Shown here: one piece after another, positions 26,360 through 35,515 of the stretch
Position numbering within the stretch: the stretch's first letter is position 1
Layout: every line of letters starts with the position of its first letter
Source: a virus
Virus record (IMG/VR): IMGVR_UViG_3300017917_002068
Coordinates: 64,004 to 128,003 of that record
Direction: 5' to 3' (one strand)
Length of the DNA: 64,000 nucleotides
Notes under the pieces: model-generated
What the model was told of the DNA's origin: nothing
The model's input: only the letters and a program-made list of their open reading frames with translations
The model's database searches: none
Program-made: the position numbers and the translations under genes

Positions 26360-26860
26360 TTATTGTCCTATATTTCCCCAAGCTAAAACTAGACTATACT
26401 TGGGATTTTCATCTTCTTCTATTTTGGTTACAGCATGTTCTAAATATATTGGCATTTCTAAAAAAGAACCGGGTTCTTCATCGACAAGGTGACTATTTCC
26501 TTGTTCATCAAACCACTGAAAGTGTGGTCTATCACTTCTTAAAAATATCAATTTAAATTTCCAATAACCACCGGCGCTGTCCTTATGTCTTAAAAGATAA
26601 TCTCCCGGATCATATCTGTTTATAGTAAAACTTGTTATCGTTCGCTTGTCATCCGGAATCGTAGAAAAAATTGCATCAACTAATTTTTCACTCATGTTAA
26701 AATGAAAAAGACTTTTTAATTTACTATCACCATAAGCTGTAGAAAAATTATATTGCTTGCCAGGTTGTCTATCAGAAAATTTATCTCTGTGATCTTCTAC
26801 CAGAGATAAAATTTCATCGACATTAGTTAGATAATTTTTCACTAGATTAACCCGATACAT
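26360..26860 (-). CDS. 2OG-Fe(II) dioxygenase (prolyl-hydroxylase-like)
   Basis: INRYDPGDYLLRHKD (HxD) ... EHAVTKI ... KYSLV. Confidence 0.8.
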   Translation of the reverse strand: MYRVNLVKNYLTNVDEILSLVEDHRDKFSDRQPGKQYNFSTAYGDSKLKSLFHFNMSEKLVDAIFSTIPDDKRTITSFTINRYDPGDYLLRHKDSAGGYWKFKLIFLRSDRPHFQWFDEQGNSHLVDEEPGSFLEMPIYLEHAVTKIEEDENPKYSLVLAWGNIGQ

Positions 26861-28634
26861 ATTCCCAACTTGTTCCTAACGAATTTACTCTAAACACTAA
26901 ATCATTATTTCTTAATGGATTCGCAATAGTAGCAGTACCTGTACCAATTGATGTAACAAAGGAAACACTAATCCAACCGCCTACTGAATATGGAATTGTA
27001 ACGCTAGCCGAAGAATATTCAGATCCTGCAATTCTAGCAGTTTGTCCCGGTTGATAGTTTGCCACTGGAGCAAGAGTGTTTAACAAAGTTGCGATGCCAT
27101 TAACCGATAAACCTTTTGTATCTAATGAAAACACCAAAGGTTTGGATAGATAAAATGTTTCTGCATATTCTTCTACATATTGTTTTGTTGCAGCATGGTT
27201 AGGATTAATCGGAGCGCCAACTAAAGTTAAATAGCCGGTCATGCTACTACCCGACTTCAATACTGCTAGGGGATCATTTACTTCAATATTTTCGCTACCA
27301 TCAAACAATACTCCATTAATTCTTACAGGTGTTAAAAATTTATTTGATGTGCTGGCATTCCCGAGATATGTATAGCCTCCATCTACAGGATCGCCAAAAG
27401 TCTTAGTAGCGTGATTAAATGCTATCCTACCATCAATAGCAAACAAGTCGCCGGTATGATCTCCTTCAGTATCTCCTACTAGATTTCCGGATACATTTCC
27501 GGATACATTGCCAGTCAAATTACCAATAAAATTCTTTGTCAAAGGATTATAAGCTACAGAATTGTCGCTAGCTCGAATTTCACCTTTATGAGATCCAGTA
27601 GAATTGCCCGTTAAATTTCCTTGAAATGTTCCAAGAAAAGTTCCTTGAATACTTCCGGCATTGACCGTATCTGCCCATATAGTTTTCCATCGGGTCGATG
27701 AGCTTCCAATGTCTTGTGTTAGATCATCTCCAGGCAAAAATCCTTCTGGATTAAAAATATAATCTAGTATTTCAGTATTGTCTTTTATCCTGATTGTTAG
27801 ATCAGTACCGGATTGATTTTCGATGACCGGATTATTGCCATTTTCAACCCATAGTCTCAAATCTCCTGGATACGGAGCACCGGGATTATCTCCTTCGCCT
27901 ACTGTAAATCCTTCGTCCCCAAATGTCGAACCTACAGGATTTCTTCTAATATAACTAGTTGGTTCCAGCCCGCCTAATCTTTCAGAGTTTGAAGCAGTTC
28001 CCCAATATCTATGAGCTGAGCTTGTTGTGCCGTTAGTACCAGTATTGATTAAGGTAAAACCTTTTTTGATTCTAGTGAAACCAGTAATCGAATCAATAAT
28101 TCCAATGTCAAATTCGTCGTCGGCGATCGTGGCAATTACTGCTCCATCTACGAATACTTTTATAATGGGATATTCAGTGTTTCCGTTGTCTCTTATAGTT
28201 CCAGAAATTAGTCTAGTGTTACCGAACCCGGGAGATTGTTGAGGTCCAACAATTACAAATTCTGTACCGCTCCATACGTTCAGTTGATTTTTATCACTAT
28301 CATACCACAATGTTCCAGCATCTCTCGCTAACAAACTAGTAGGAGGTATAGCATCTACTTCTGTTACTGTTAATGCTCTCCAGTTACTGGTAGCGTCTCG
28401 ATATTTTATTCTATTATTAGATTCATCAAACCATAACTGACCAATTATCGGTCTTCTTGGAGATGTTGTTCCTCTAAAATTTTCTAGTATGTGTAGAAAG
28501 TTTTCATTAGTGATTTCGCCATATCCAGCATAATTTTTTCCGATAAGTTTTATATCAGAACTAGTTGAATCAACTGTTTGATCCGGAACCGTTGTAAAAA
28601 CTGTTCCATTATATCTATCAATCTGGTATGGCAT
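26847..28634 (-). CDS. Tail fibre paralogue 4
   Basis: Shared N-module, GNxTG repeats, INGVLFDGSENI and HAATKQYVE. Confidence 0.75.
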   Translation of the reverse strand: MPYQIDRYNGTVFTTVPDQTVDSTSSDIKLIGKNYAGYGEITNENFLHILENFRGTTSPRRPIIGQLWFDESNNRIKYRDATSNWRALTVTEVDAIPPTSLLARDAGTLWYDSDKNQLNVWSGTEFVIVGPQQSPGFGNTRLISGTIRDNGNTEYPIIKVFVDGAVIATIADDEFDIGIIDSITGFTRIKKGFTLINTGTNGTTSSAHRYWGTASNSERLGGLEPTSYIRRNPVGSTFGDEGFTVGEGDNPGAPYPGDLRLWVENGNNPVIENQSGTDLTIRIKDNTEILDYIFNPEGFLPGDDLTQDIGSSSTRWKTIWADTVNAGSIQGTFLGTFQGNLTGNSTGSHKGEIRASDNSVAYNPLTKNFIGNLTGNVSGNVSGNLVGDTEGDHTGDLFAIDGRIAFNHATKTFGDPVDGGYTYLGNASTSNKFLTPVRINGVLFDGSENIEVNDPLAVLKSGSSMTGYLTLVGAPINPNHAATKQYVEEYAETFYLSKPLVFSLDTKGLSVNGIATLLNTLAPVANYQPGQTARIAGSEYSSASVTIPYSVGGWISVSFVTSIGTGTATIANPLRNNDLVFRVNSLGTSWEYVSG

Positions 28635-28645
28635 ATTTCGCTCCG

Positions 28646-29005
28646 TTATCCTGTAATGCTTTTAGCTGCTGTTTGTCTTTGATTTTCTAAATCAATATAT
28701 TCTTCTTCAGTCATTGATGTTTCTATGTTTAATACTTTTTCTCTTAGATGTCGTAGAATTTTCCAGTCTGTAGAATTCAAAAATTCTTTCTTTTCACTGT
28801 TTTCAGTGTATGTCTGCTGATCTAAAATTTGAGATTGTGTTAATGGTTCTACTTTTCTAGTTTCAAGATTAAAATAGTGAGTTTTATTTTCTAATAAAAT
28901 GTAATCATTATCAGTTATTTCTGTTATGGAAACAGAGCTCGGAACCAAAGGTTGATAGTTTAATATCGAAATTAATTGGTTATCTTCTATGCATACGTAA
29001 TACAT
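28646..29005 (-). CDS. Putative tail-fibre assembly chaperone
   Basis: Small gene directly after a fibre gene; FLNSTDWKILRH...RQTA resembles Tfa-type C-termini. Confidence 0.55.
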   Translation of the reverse strand: MYYVCIEDNQLISILNYQPLVPSSVSITEITDNDYILLENKTHYFNLETRKVEPLTQSQILDQQTYTENSEKKEFLNSTDWKILRHLREKVLNIETSMTEEEYIDLENQRQTAAKSITG

Positions 29006-29009
29006 TATA

Positions 29010-30626
29010 TTAACTCCAAATTGCTAACCAGTTTGCCGCTGGTGTTGATCTTTGTTCGGTATTTTGTACATATACTCGAATTCGGTCTCCAAAATTACTC
29101 CAGGTACATCTTAAGCTATCATTACCATCAACTCTACCAGCATAATGTATAACAGCTATGCTGGGAATAAATGCTATTAAATTTAACATGTTCTTTCCGA
29201 CAGGAGGAAAAACATCAAAAAAGTTCGCACCGTTATTCCACGAACCTACTTGGTTTGTAAAACCAGATTGGCTATACTGAGTATTACCGTATGTTATAGT
29301 GTAATTTGGTGGCACTAACGCTAATGTCGCCGCTTGATTAGCTAAATCTCTCGTATCAACATATTGCTTTGTTGCCGCCTGTAATGAACTTGTCGGATCG
29401 CTAGGAAGTGTTAATGATCCCAATAATGTTCCGCCAGCTAAAGGCAATTTTGTTGAATCGGTTACAGTAATATTCTGTGTCCCGTCAAAAGATACACCGT
29501 TAATTGTTCTCGGATTTAATAATCGGGTAGCAGTTCCTGCATTACCGGTTACATTACCAGTTACATTACCGCTAAGATCCCCAGTTACATTTCCTAGGTG
29601 TTCTCCGGAAGTATTTCCAATAACATTTCCAAAAACGTTTCCTGTTAAGTTTCCAGTTACATCGCCTGTTAAGTTTCCAGTTACATTTCCAGTTATATTA
29701 CCATTAACGTCACCTAACACATTTCCATAAACAGTCACTGGACCTGTTCCAGTAATTTGACCGACAATATCAGCGGTTATTGTGCCTGCAGAAAAATTAC
29801 CGCTACCGTCACGCTTAACAATTGTATCATCTAAGTTATTAGATGATGCTTGTACAGACCATGTTACATTTGCTGAACCGTTATATGGCGACCCGGATAA
29901 GAAATTTCCTGGGGTTAAAGAATACTGAGAGTTTGCTTGAATTGTTATATCTGCTGATCCGTCAAAAGCTACACCGTTGATTGTTCTAGCTGTTTCAAGA
30001 ACAGTAGCAGTTTCGGCGTTGCCCGACAAATCTCCGTTAATCAACGATGTCGATGATAACGTAATTCCTTTAGATAAACTAGTAAAACCAGAAATAGAAT
30101 CTAATACATTTATATCAAATGCTCTTTCTGCAAGTATCGCGACAACCGTATCATTTAAGGTAACTTTAATTATAGGAAAATATGTTCCGGCGGTGTCTCT
30201 AACTTTTGTAGATATCAATCGTGTATTACTAAATCCTTCCACTCTCTCTGGGCCAACAAAATTCCACTGAGTTCCATTATAAACATATAATTGTTTGTTT
30301 GTTGAATCAAACCATTGATCTCCAGCGGCGGCTTGCGACGGTTGAGTTGATGATATTTCTGTAGATCCTACAGCGTTCCATTGCGCTCCAGAATATACTT
30401 TTATTCTTCCTTCAGTTGAGTCATACCATAACTGCCCTAAGATAGGTCTATTAGGTGCGTTATTTCCGGCAAAATTTTCTAGAAGCCAAAGAAAATTCTC
30501 ATTTTGAATTTCGCCATATCCAGCAAAATTTTTACCTACAAGCCCGACGCTAGTAGATGAATCTAATGTTCCGTCTTCTAGTACTACAAACGGATCTCCG
30601 TTAAATTTATTAAGTTGATATGGCAT
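29010..30626 (-). CDS. Tail fibre paralogue 3
   Basis: Shared N-module, two RTINGVxFDG repeats, a long G-[ND]-[VLI]-T tract and QAATKQYVD. Confidence 0.78.
   Translation of the reverse strand: MPYQLNKFNGDPFVVLEDGTLDSSTSVGLVGKNFAGYGEIQNENFLWLLENFAGNNAPNRPILGQLWYDSTEGRIKVYSGAQWNAVGSTEISSTQPSQAAAGDQWFDSTNKQLYVYNGTQWNFVGPERVEGFSNTRLISTKVRDTAGTYFPIIKVTLNDTVVAILAERAFDINVLDSISGFTSLSKGITLSSTSLINGDLSGNAETATVLETARTINGVAFDGSADITIQANSQYSLTPGNFLSGSPYNGSANVTWSVQASSNNLDDTIVKRDGSGNFSAGTITADIVGQITGTGPVTVYGNVLGDVNGNITGNVTGNLTGDVTGNLTGNVFGNVIGNTSGEHLGNVTGDLSGNVTGNVTGNAGTATRLLNPRTINGVSFDGTQNITVTDSTKLPLAGGTLLGSLTLPSDPTSSLQAATKQYVDTRDLANQAATLALVPPNYTITYGNTQYSQSGFTNQVGSWNNGANFFDVFPPVGKNMLNLIAFIPSIAVIHYAGRVDGNDSLRCTWSNFGDRIRVYVQNTEQRSTPAANWLAIWS
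29540..29730 (-). repeat. Coding tandem repeat with 12-nt period (G-N/D-V/L/I-T), including an exact 22-nt direct repeat
   Basis: cctgttaagtttccagttacat occurs at 29641-29662 and 29665-29686; the protein reads GDVNGNITGNVTGNLTGDVTGNLTGNVFGNVIG... Confidence 0.8.
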
Positions 30627-30644
30627 AGTTTTTTCGCTCTTTTA

Positions 30645-30651
30645 TATTTAA
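30645..30651 (-). promoter_or_regulatory. Possible late promoter variant TTAAATA
   Basis: Intergenic cTTAAATA upstream of the 30626 start. Confidence 0.35.
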
Positions 30652-30652
30652 G

Positions 30653-32635
30653 TTATACGTATGTTCCGAATAGTCCAGAGTAAGAAACTGTCGGTGAAGT
30701 ATCCTCGACTAAAGCAGTAGTCACTATCCAAGATTTTCCACTCGGTGCTCCGGATGCTTGTAAAGTCAATTCAATATATCCCCTTCTTACTAAAGGTCTA
30801 GCAAACGCTCTTCTTGGTATTTCGTTTGCAGCTACAGCGGTTACATTTCCGCCTGATGTTGTAACTGCCAATGTCGGAGTAAGTTCTAAGAAATCTGGCA
30901 AATAATATCTAAATGTAGAAATTCTAGCTTTAGTATTAATATCAAATTCAGTAGATGGCGCTATAGATTCTAAAATATCAACTATCTGGCCGTCAGTTAA
31001 TGGACTATCCGACAACGGATCATCACCTGTAATATCTAAGACTAACGGCAAATTACGTGTTCTAACTAGATTAGTAACATATCTCTTTGATGTTGCTTCA
31101 GATAAAATAGTGTCCGATAGTGCAGAACTTGCCTCAGTTTCTTGACTGATCGAATTTTCATTTGCTGTTTGAATACCGATAATTTTAGGCTTAGTGGCGC
31201 CTTCTAAAACAATATTGCCGAGAGGCTCGATGATAATATTTGCAGGATTAGCACTGCCGCCATCTGAATATGGTAACGTTCTAGCATTGTTAGAAATTCT
31301 ATTATTATTGATTGTAATATTATCAGCAGTAATAGAAATTTGCGCACCGAACGATGTTAATCCAGGAGCAGCCGAAACAGCATTGGTTAATTCATATCCG
31401 GAACCTGTATCTCTTAAAACTTCAATCCCGTTAATTTTATAACCTTTGAGTGCAGGAATATCAATATTTTCTGAAAAATCCCAATCATTAGTTGTTGAAT
31501 TCCACAGGATAGTATGATCTGTAGTACCTTTTAATATAATTCCGCCGCCATTGGCAGAAACATCAGTCGGTGATCCTGCTGACGGAACGGCTAGTTCAAT
31601 ATTTTTATCTGATAAAGTTAATGTTTCTGCTGCTACAAAAGTTGTGCTGCCCTCAACTGTAAGGCTTCCGGATATAGTAACATCTCCCCCTACAGATAGT
31701 GTGCTATTGGCGTTAGAAGGAAATATTCTTAAAACGTCCGGATCATTAGATAAAATTGCAGATGGTTCGATTGCTATTGCTGTCTGAGGGAAATTCTCTT
31801 TAGTGTATCTAACAAACAATCTTCTATTGCTGGCGATATTAGTCATTAATACATCACCAGAAGAGTCTGCTTCTAATTTGCCTTGAGGTCCCGGGCCCCA
31901 AGATATACCAGCGGTATTTTGCACAGTAATTGGTTGTGTAAAGGTATTAGCAATACTTTTTCTAGGATAATCTGCTGCAAGATAAGTTCCTAATCGATCA
32001 GCATCATCACTAATACCTCTAAATTTAAAATCTGTAGGATTAGCAGGATTAAAACCAATTCTCAATATAGGATTATTATTAGTAGGGTCAGCATTATAAC
32101 CTGCCGGTCTGTTTCTAATAGAAAATTCTGAAGTACTGATATATCCAACTAAAGAACCAGCGTTATAGACCGAAGTAACAGTTCTAAATCTTCTATTATT
32201 ATCTTCTATTTGCTCAACTCTTAAACCGCTGATGCCCTGACTAAATGTAAAATCTGGGCCTAAAAGATAATCCCGCACACCGTCAAAAAAGTATAATTGT
32301 TTTTCTAAACTGTTAAACCAAAAATCCCCAACACCTACAGTTAAAGGCCTTGCTTCTGAAAGAACTGCTGTACCGATTGATCTCCATGATGATCCTGAAT
32401 AAACTTTAATCCTGGCTTCGGCAGTATCATACCATAACTGTCCTGTTAATGGATTATTAGGCTGAGACTGGCTGGAGAAATTTTCTAATATTTTTATAAA
32501 ATTCTCATTAAGATATTCTCCAAACCCGCTGTAATTTTTACCAATAAGAGTTATATCTGTAGTAGCTTGGTCGATCTGTCCGTCTGCTACAGTTACTATC
32601 GGTGTTCCATTTGTTAAATTAATTGTATATGCCAT
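30653..32635 (-). CDS. Tail fibre paralogue 2
   Basis: Shared N-module (GKNYSGFGEYLNENFIKILENF, GQLWYD); GSLTVEGSTT...DKNIEL...ANGGGIILKG fibre segment. Confidence 0.75.
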   Translation of the reverse strand: MAYTINLTNGTPIVTVADGQIDQATTDITLIGKNYSGFGEYLNENFIKILENFSSQSQPNNPLTGQLWYDTAEARIKVYSGSSWRSIGTAVLSEARPLTVGVGDFWFNSLEKQLYFFDGVRDYLLGPDFTFSQGISGLRVEQIEDNNRRFRTVTSVYNAGSLVGYISTSEFSIRNRPAGYNADPTNNNPILRIGFNPANPTDFKFRGISDDADRLGTYLAADYPRKSIANTFTQPITVQNTAGISWGPGPQGKLEADSSGDVLMTNIASNRRLFVRYTKENFPQTAIAIEPSAILSNDPDVLRIFPSNANSTLSVGGDVTISGSLTVEGSTTFVAAETLTLSDKNIELAVPSAGSPTDVSANGGGIILKGTTDHTILWNSTTNDWDFSENIDIPALKGYKINGIEVLRDTGSGYELTNAVSAAPGLTSFGAQISITADNITINNNRISNNARTLPYSDGGSANPANIIIEPLGNIVLEGATKPKIIGIQTANENSISQETEASSALSDTILSEATSKRYVTNLVRTRNLPLVLDITGDDPLSDSPLTDGQIVDILESIAPSTEFDINTKARISTFRYYLPDFLELTPTLAVTTSGGNVTAVAANEIPRRAFARPLVRRGYIELTLQASGAPSGKSWIVTTALVEDTSPTVSYSGLFGTYV

Positions 32636-32648
32636 GTTATTTTATACC

Positions 32649-34847
32649 TTAACTTGCTCTTTGTTCAATTGGTCTGCCTGACCTAATGATATAATTAATC
32701 GTTAAGAAAGGATTCATAACTTCAAATGGACGACCAGTCAATGATGTAGATGCTCCTGGAGATCTTCTGTTTTCATCTGCTATCCTAACCAGACCAGATG
32801 AGATCATTTTTTGACTCTGATTGATCAAAGTTCCATAGGCTGTTCTTGTATTATTTGATTGAGCAGGTCCAATCGCTGTTTGAGGAGTAAAATCTATCAC
32901 TGTAGTGGATCTATCATGTAAAACATAATATTGAATTCCGCTAGGTTGATTATCTGCTCTTCTGCCTTGCAAATCGTGATCATGATCTGGAATGTTAAAC
33001 GGTTCAATGATATACTCGCTTGCACCGCTCGATAAACCTAAAGAATTTGCTGCTGTGTTATTTTTTACTCTATATGTAGTAGCTGTTAAATCAGTAGTTG
33101 CAACAACGCCTCCTGGAAATGGTATGTCCAGATCGTTATTCATTGTCTGCAAACCTAAAGGAAATCTTCCTCTTAAATCTGGTAATCTAAAAGTTCCGCC
33201 AGTGGTAGTAACAGGAGTTAAGGGGGCTGATCCGTTATAGACCGAACCAATAACTTCAAATAATTCACGATATCTATATACTTCGATTTCTGATCCGTCA
33301 CATAATAAGTATCCGTCGGGTAGATCTTCCCATTTGCTTGCGCTGCCTGCATACGGCAATATAGCTCCAATAGGAACTGCTAGATCATCAAAGAAAACCT
33401 GTCTAGTAGTTTTTCTTAAACCTGTCGAAGCTCTATAAACTAGGATTTCGTCTGTATCTCTTGATGTTGAAAGAGATGCTTTGTTTGAAATAATATCAGC
33501 GGTTAGCTGAGTAGTAAAAACTTTATTTAAATTGCCTGTTCCGTTAAACGAAACAACGTTACTTTGTACGTCACCTTCGATTTTAAAGTTTGTTGCAGAT
33601 CTTAAACTAGTAGCAGAGTTAGCATTACCACCGATGTTACCGTCTAAGTTACCTTGAATTGTATTAGCTACAATTCTGTCTGCATACACTGTATTGTATC
33701 TATTATTATCTTTGCCTATAGTTTCTGATGTGCTTAACGGCTCTATAGATTTAGTTTTTAAAATACCATTAAGTATTTCTACATTACCACCAACAATTAT
33801 ATTTTTTGTTACAGATAAACCACCAACAGTTCTTATCGATCCATTACCTAAATTTGTTGCTTCGTCTGTTGAGTTTGTTAATATCGTTCCTGTTATTTCA
33901 AAATTACCGATAATGTCTAACGCTTCTGTTGGTGACTGCGTATTGATTCCAACCTTATTGTCGATCACCCTAACTATAGTATTTGGTTGTCCGGATCTAT
34001 TTGTCTGTAAATCAATTGCTGCACCTGAGGTCGAATTATATAATGCAGCGTTAGCATTATCTACACTTAAACTCACATTACCATCAGTACCAACAGTTAT
34101 GCCTGAATTGTCTCTGACGTTAAATCTCGCCTGTATAGTTCCCGGTTCGTCTGATCTAATAAAGCTCGATGCTGGCACTGCTGTAGTCCCAACGATCAGA
34201 GATTCGGAAGATGTTGCAATACCTATAAATTTAGGAACAAATGCTGATTCACCGACATCGGTTCTAGTGGTTAGATTAATACCTGGGCGAATTAAAGAAA
34301 AACCTTGAATAGCTATTTTTGGAACAAATTGTTCTCTGCTGATAATAGAGATAGGAATGTCGTCTGTGTAAAAAACTATCACAGTTCTTCGAATGTTATC
34401 AATATCAAATAAAGATTCTACTAAAGGCCCCGATTTCGTTCCTTCACTAAACTGCGGTCCTACTAAGATCCAATTAGTTCCGGAGAACAGGTAAAGTTGT
34501 TGTGTAGAAGTATTAACCCATAAATCACCAACATCTGCATCAGTCGGTTCATTAACTGCTGTTTTAATGTTACTGGTTGTTCTCCATCCAATTCCATCAA
34601 AAACATAAAGTTTGTTTTCGGTAGAGTTATACCATAATTGTCCTATAACAGCCTTTGATGAATCAGGTGCAACATCGCTGGCGAAATTTTCTAGCAAGTG
34701 TAAAAAATTCTCAGCAATGATCCTTCCGTATCCTGTTTGATTTCTACCAGGAAATGTTAAGCTAGTATCCGTATTAGAAGTATTATCAACTACGTCTAAC
34801 GGTTCTGGGTTAAGGTTGTCGTCTGTAAAATATACTTTATATGGCAT
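32649..34847 (-). CDS. Tail fibre paralogue 1 with a phage tail-collar domain (short-fibre-like)
   Basis: Shared N-module; collar domain PIGAILPYAG...PDGYLLCDG...FRLPDLRGRFPLG; ends MNPFLTINYII. Confidence 0.82.
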   Translation of the reverse strand: MPYKVYFTDDNLNPEPLDVVDNTSNTDTSLTFPGRNQTGYGRIIAENFLHLLENFASDVAPDSSKAVIGQLWYNSTENKLYVFDGIGWRTTSNIKTAVNEPTDADVGDLWVNTSTQQLYLFSGTNWILVGPQFSEGTKSGPLVESLFDIDNIRRTVIVFYTDDIPISIISREQFVPKIAIQGFSLIRPGINLTTRTDVGESAFVPKFIGIATSSESLIVGTTAVPASSFIRSDEPGTIQARFNVRDNSGITVGTDGNVSLSVDNANAALYNSTSGAAIDLQTNRSGQPNTIVRVIDNKVGINTQSPTEALDIIGNFEITGTILTNSTDEATNLGNGSIRTVGGLSVTKNIIVGGNVEILNGILKTKSIEPLSTSETIGKDNNRYNTVYADRIVANTIQGNLDGNIGGNANSATSLRSATNFKIEGDVQSNVVSFNGTGNLNKVFTTQLTADIISNKASLSTSRDTDEILVYRASTGLRKTTRQVFFDDLAVPIGAILPYAGSASKWEDLPDGYLLCDGSEIEVYRYRELFEVIGSVYNGSAPLTPVTTTGGTFRLPDLRGRFPLGLQTMNNDLDIPFPGGVVATTDLTATTYRVKNNTAANSLGLSSGASEYIIEPFNIPDHDHDLQGRRADNQPSGIQYYVLHDRSTTVIDFTPQTAIGPAQSNNTRTAYGTLINQSQKMISSGLVRIADENRRSPGASTSLTGRPFEVMNPFLTINYIIRSGRPIEQRAS

Positions 34848-34849
34848 TT

Positions 34850-35503
34850 TTATACCTCAGTAAAACCAGTTAAACTTTGGATTCTAACTGTATAGTCGAT
34901 CTGTATCAATCTGTTCAGCGATTTTTGAACAGGGTGAAAAATAACATGAGTAAGCAATCTTCCAGTACCTGACGCTTTTAATCCTAACTCATCAAAAACA
35001 AATTCACCCGAAAGATCAGTTGAATTATCAAACGCTTCTTGTCCGTTAGGTTCTCCATAATCAAGCAAGCATGATACAATTATATCAGAATATGTTGCTC
35101 CGCTAATATGTCTAACTTCCATTTTATTTCTTATGTTATCTGTATTAATAGCCGAGTTTTGATCAACAACTTTAGAGTATGTTTGATTATACAAACTTGA
35201 ATTTACTCCAACAGTATTAGGAGTTAGATAAGTGATTAATCCGGTTGGATCAACAACTGTTCCGCCGTTGCCGAAAACCATCTCCGAAATCCATCCCTGT
35301 CCTTGATTTGATAGTGCATTGGCCATCGCTACGCTGATGTTTTCGTAATGTATGGCATTTCTTTTATCAATAAACACTTCCTTAGATTCAGGATCAAAGA
35401 TCTTAATATGACCTTCGACATGAAACCCTGCGCTTTCGTCCGGGCGTTTTGTTGTTTGATTTAGTGTATTTTCTGGCATAATTTTAGACTCAACTTTTTC
35501 CAT
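34850..35503 (-). CDS. Putative baseplate/tail structural protein
   Basis: GHIKIFD...NAIH...FDELGL...LLTHVIFHPVQKS; sits in the tail operon. Confidence 0.7.
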   Translation of the reverse strand: MEKVESKIMPENTLNQTTKRPDESAGFHVEGHIKIFDPESKEVFIDKRNAIHYENISVAMANALSNQGQGWISEMVFGNGGTVVDPTGLITYLTPNTVGVNSSLYNQTYSKVVDQNSAINTDNIRNKMEVRHISGATYSDIIVSCLLDYGEPNGQEAFDNSTDLSGEFVFDELGLKASGTGRLLTHVIFHPVQKSLNRLIQIDYTVRIQSLTGFTEV

Positions 35504-35508
35504 ATATG

Positions 35509-35515
35509 TATTTAT
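35509..35515 (-). promoter_or_regulatory. Putative late promoter ATAAATA
   Basis: The minus strand reads ctaATAAATAcatatATG (ATG at 35503). Confidence 0.55.

Noticed and set aside
24075-34847. Diversity-generating retroelement or invertible cassette acting on the fibre tips
   Set aside because: No reverse transcriptase or invertase is in the window, and I saw no near-identical template/variable repeat pair or inverted crossover sites by eye.
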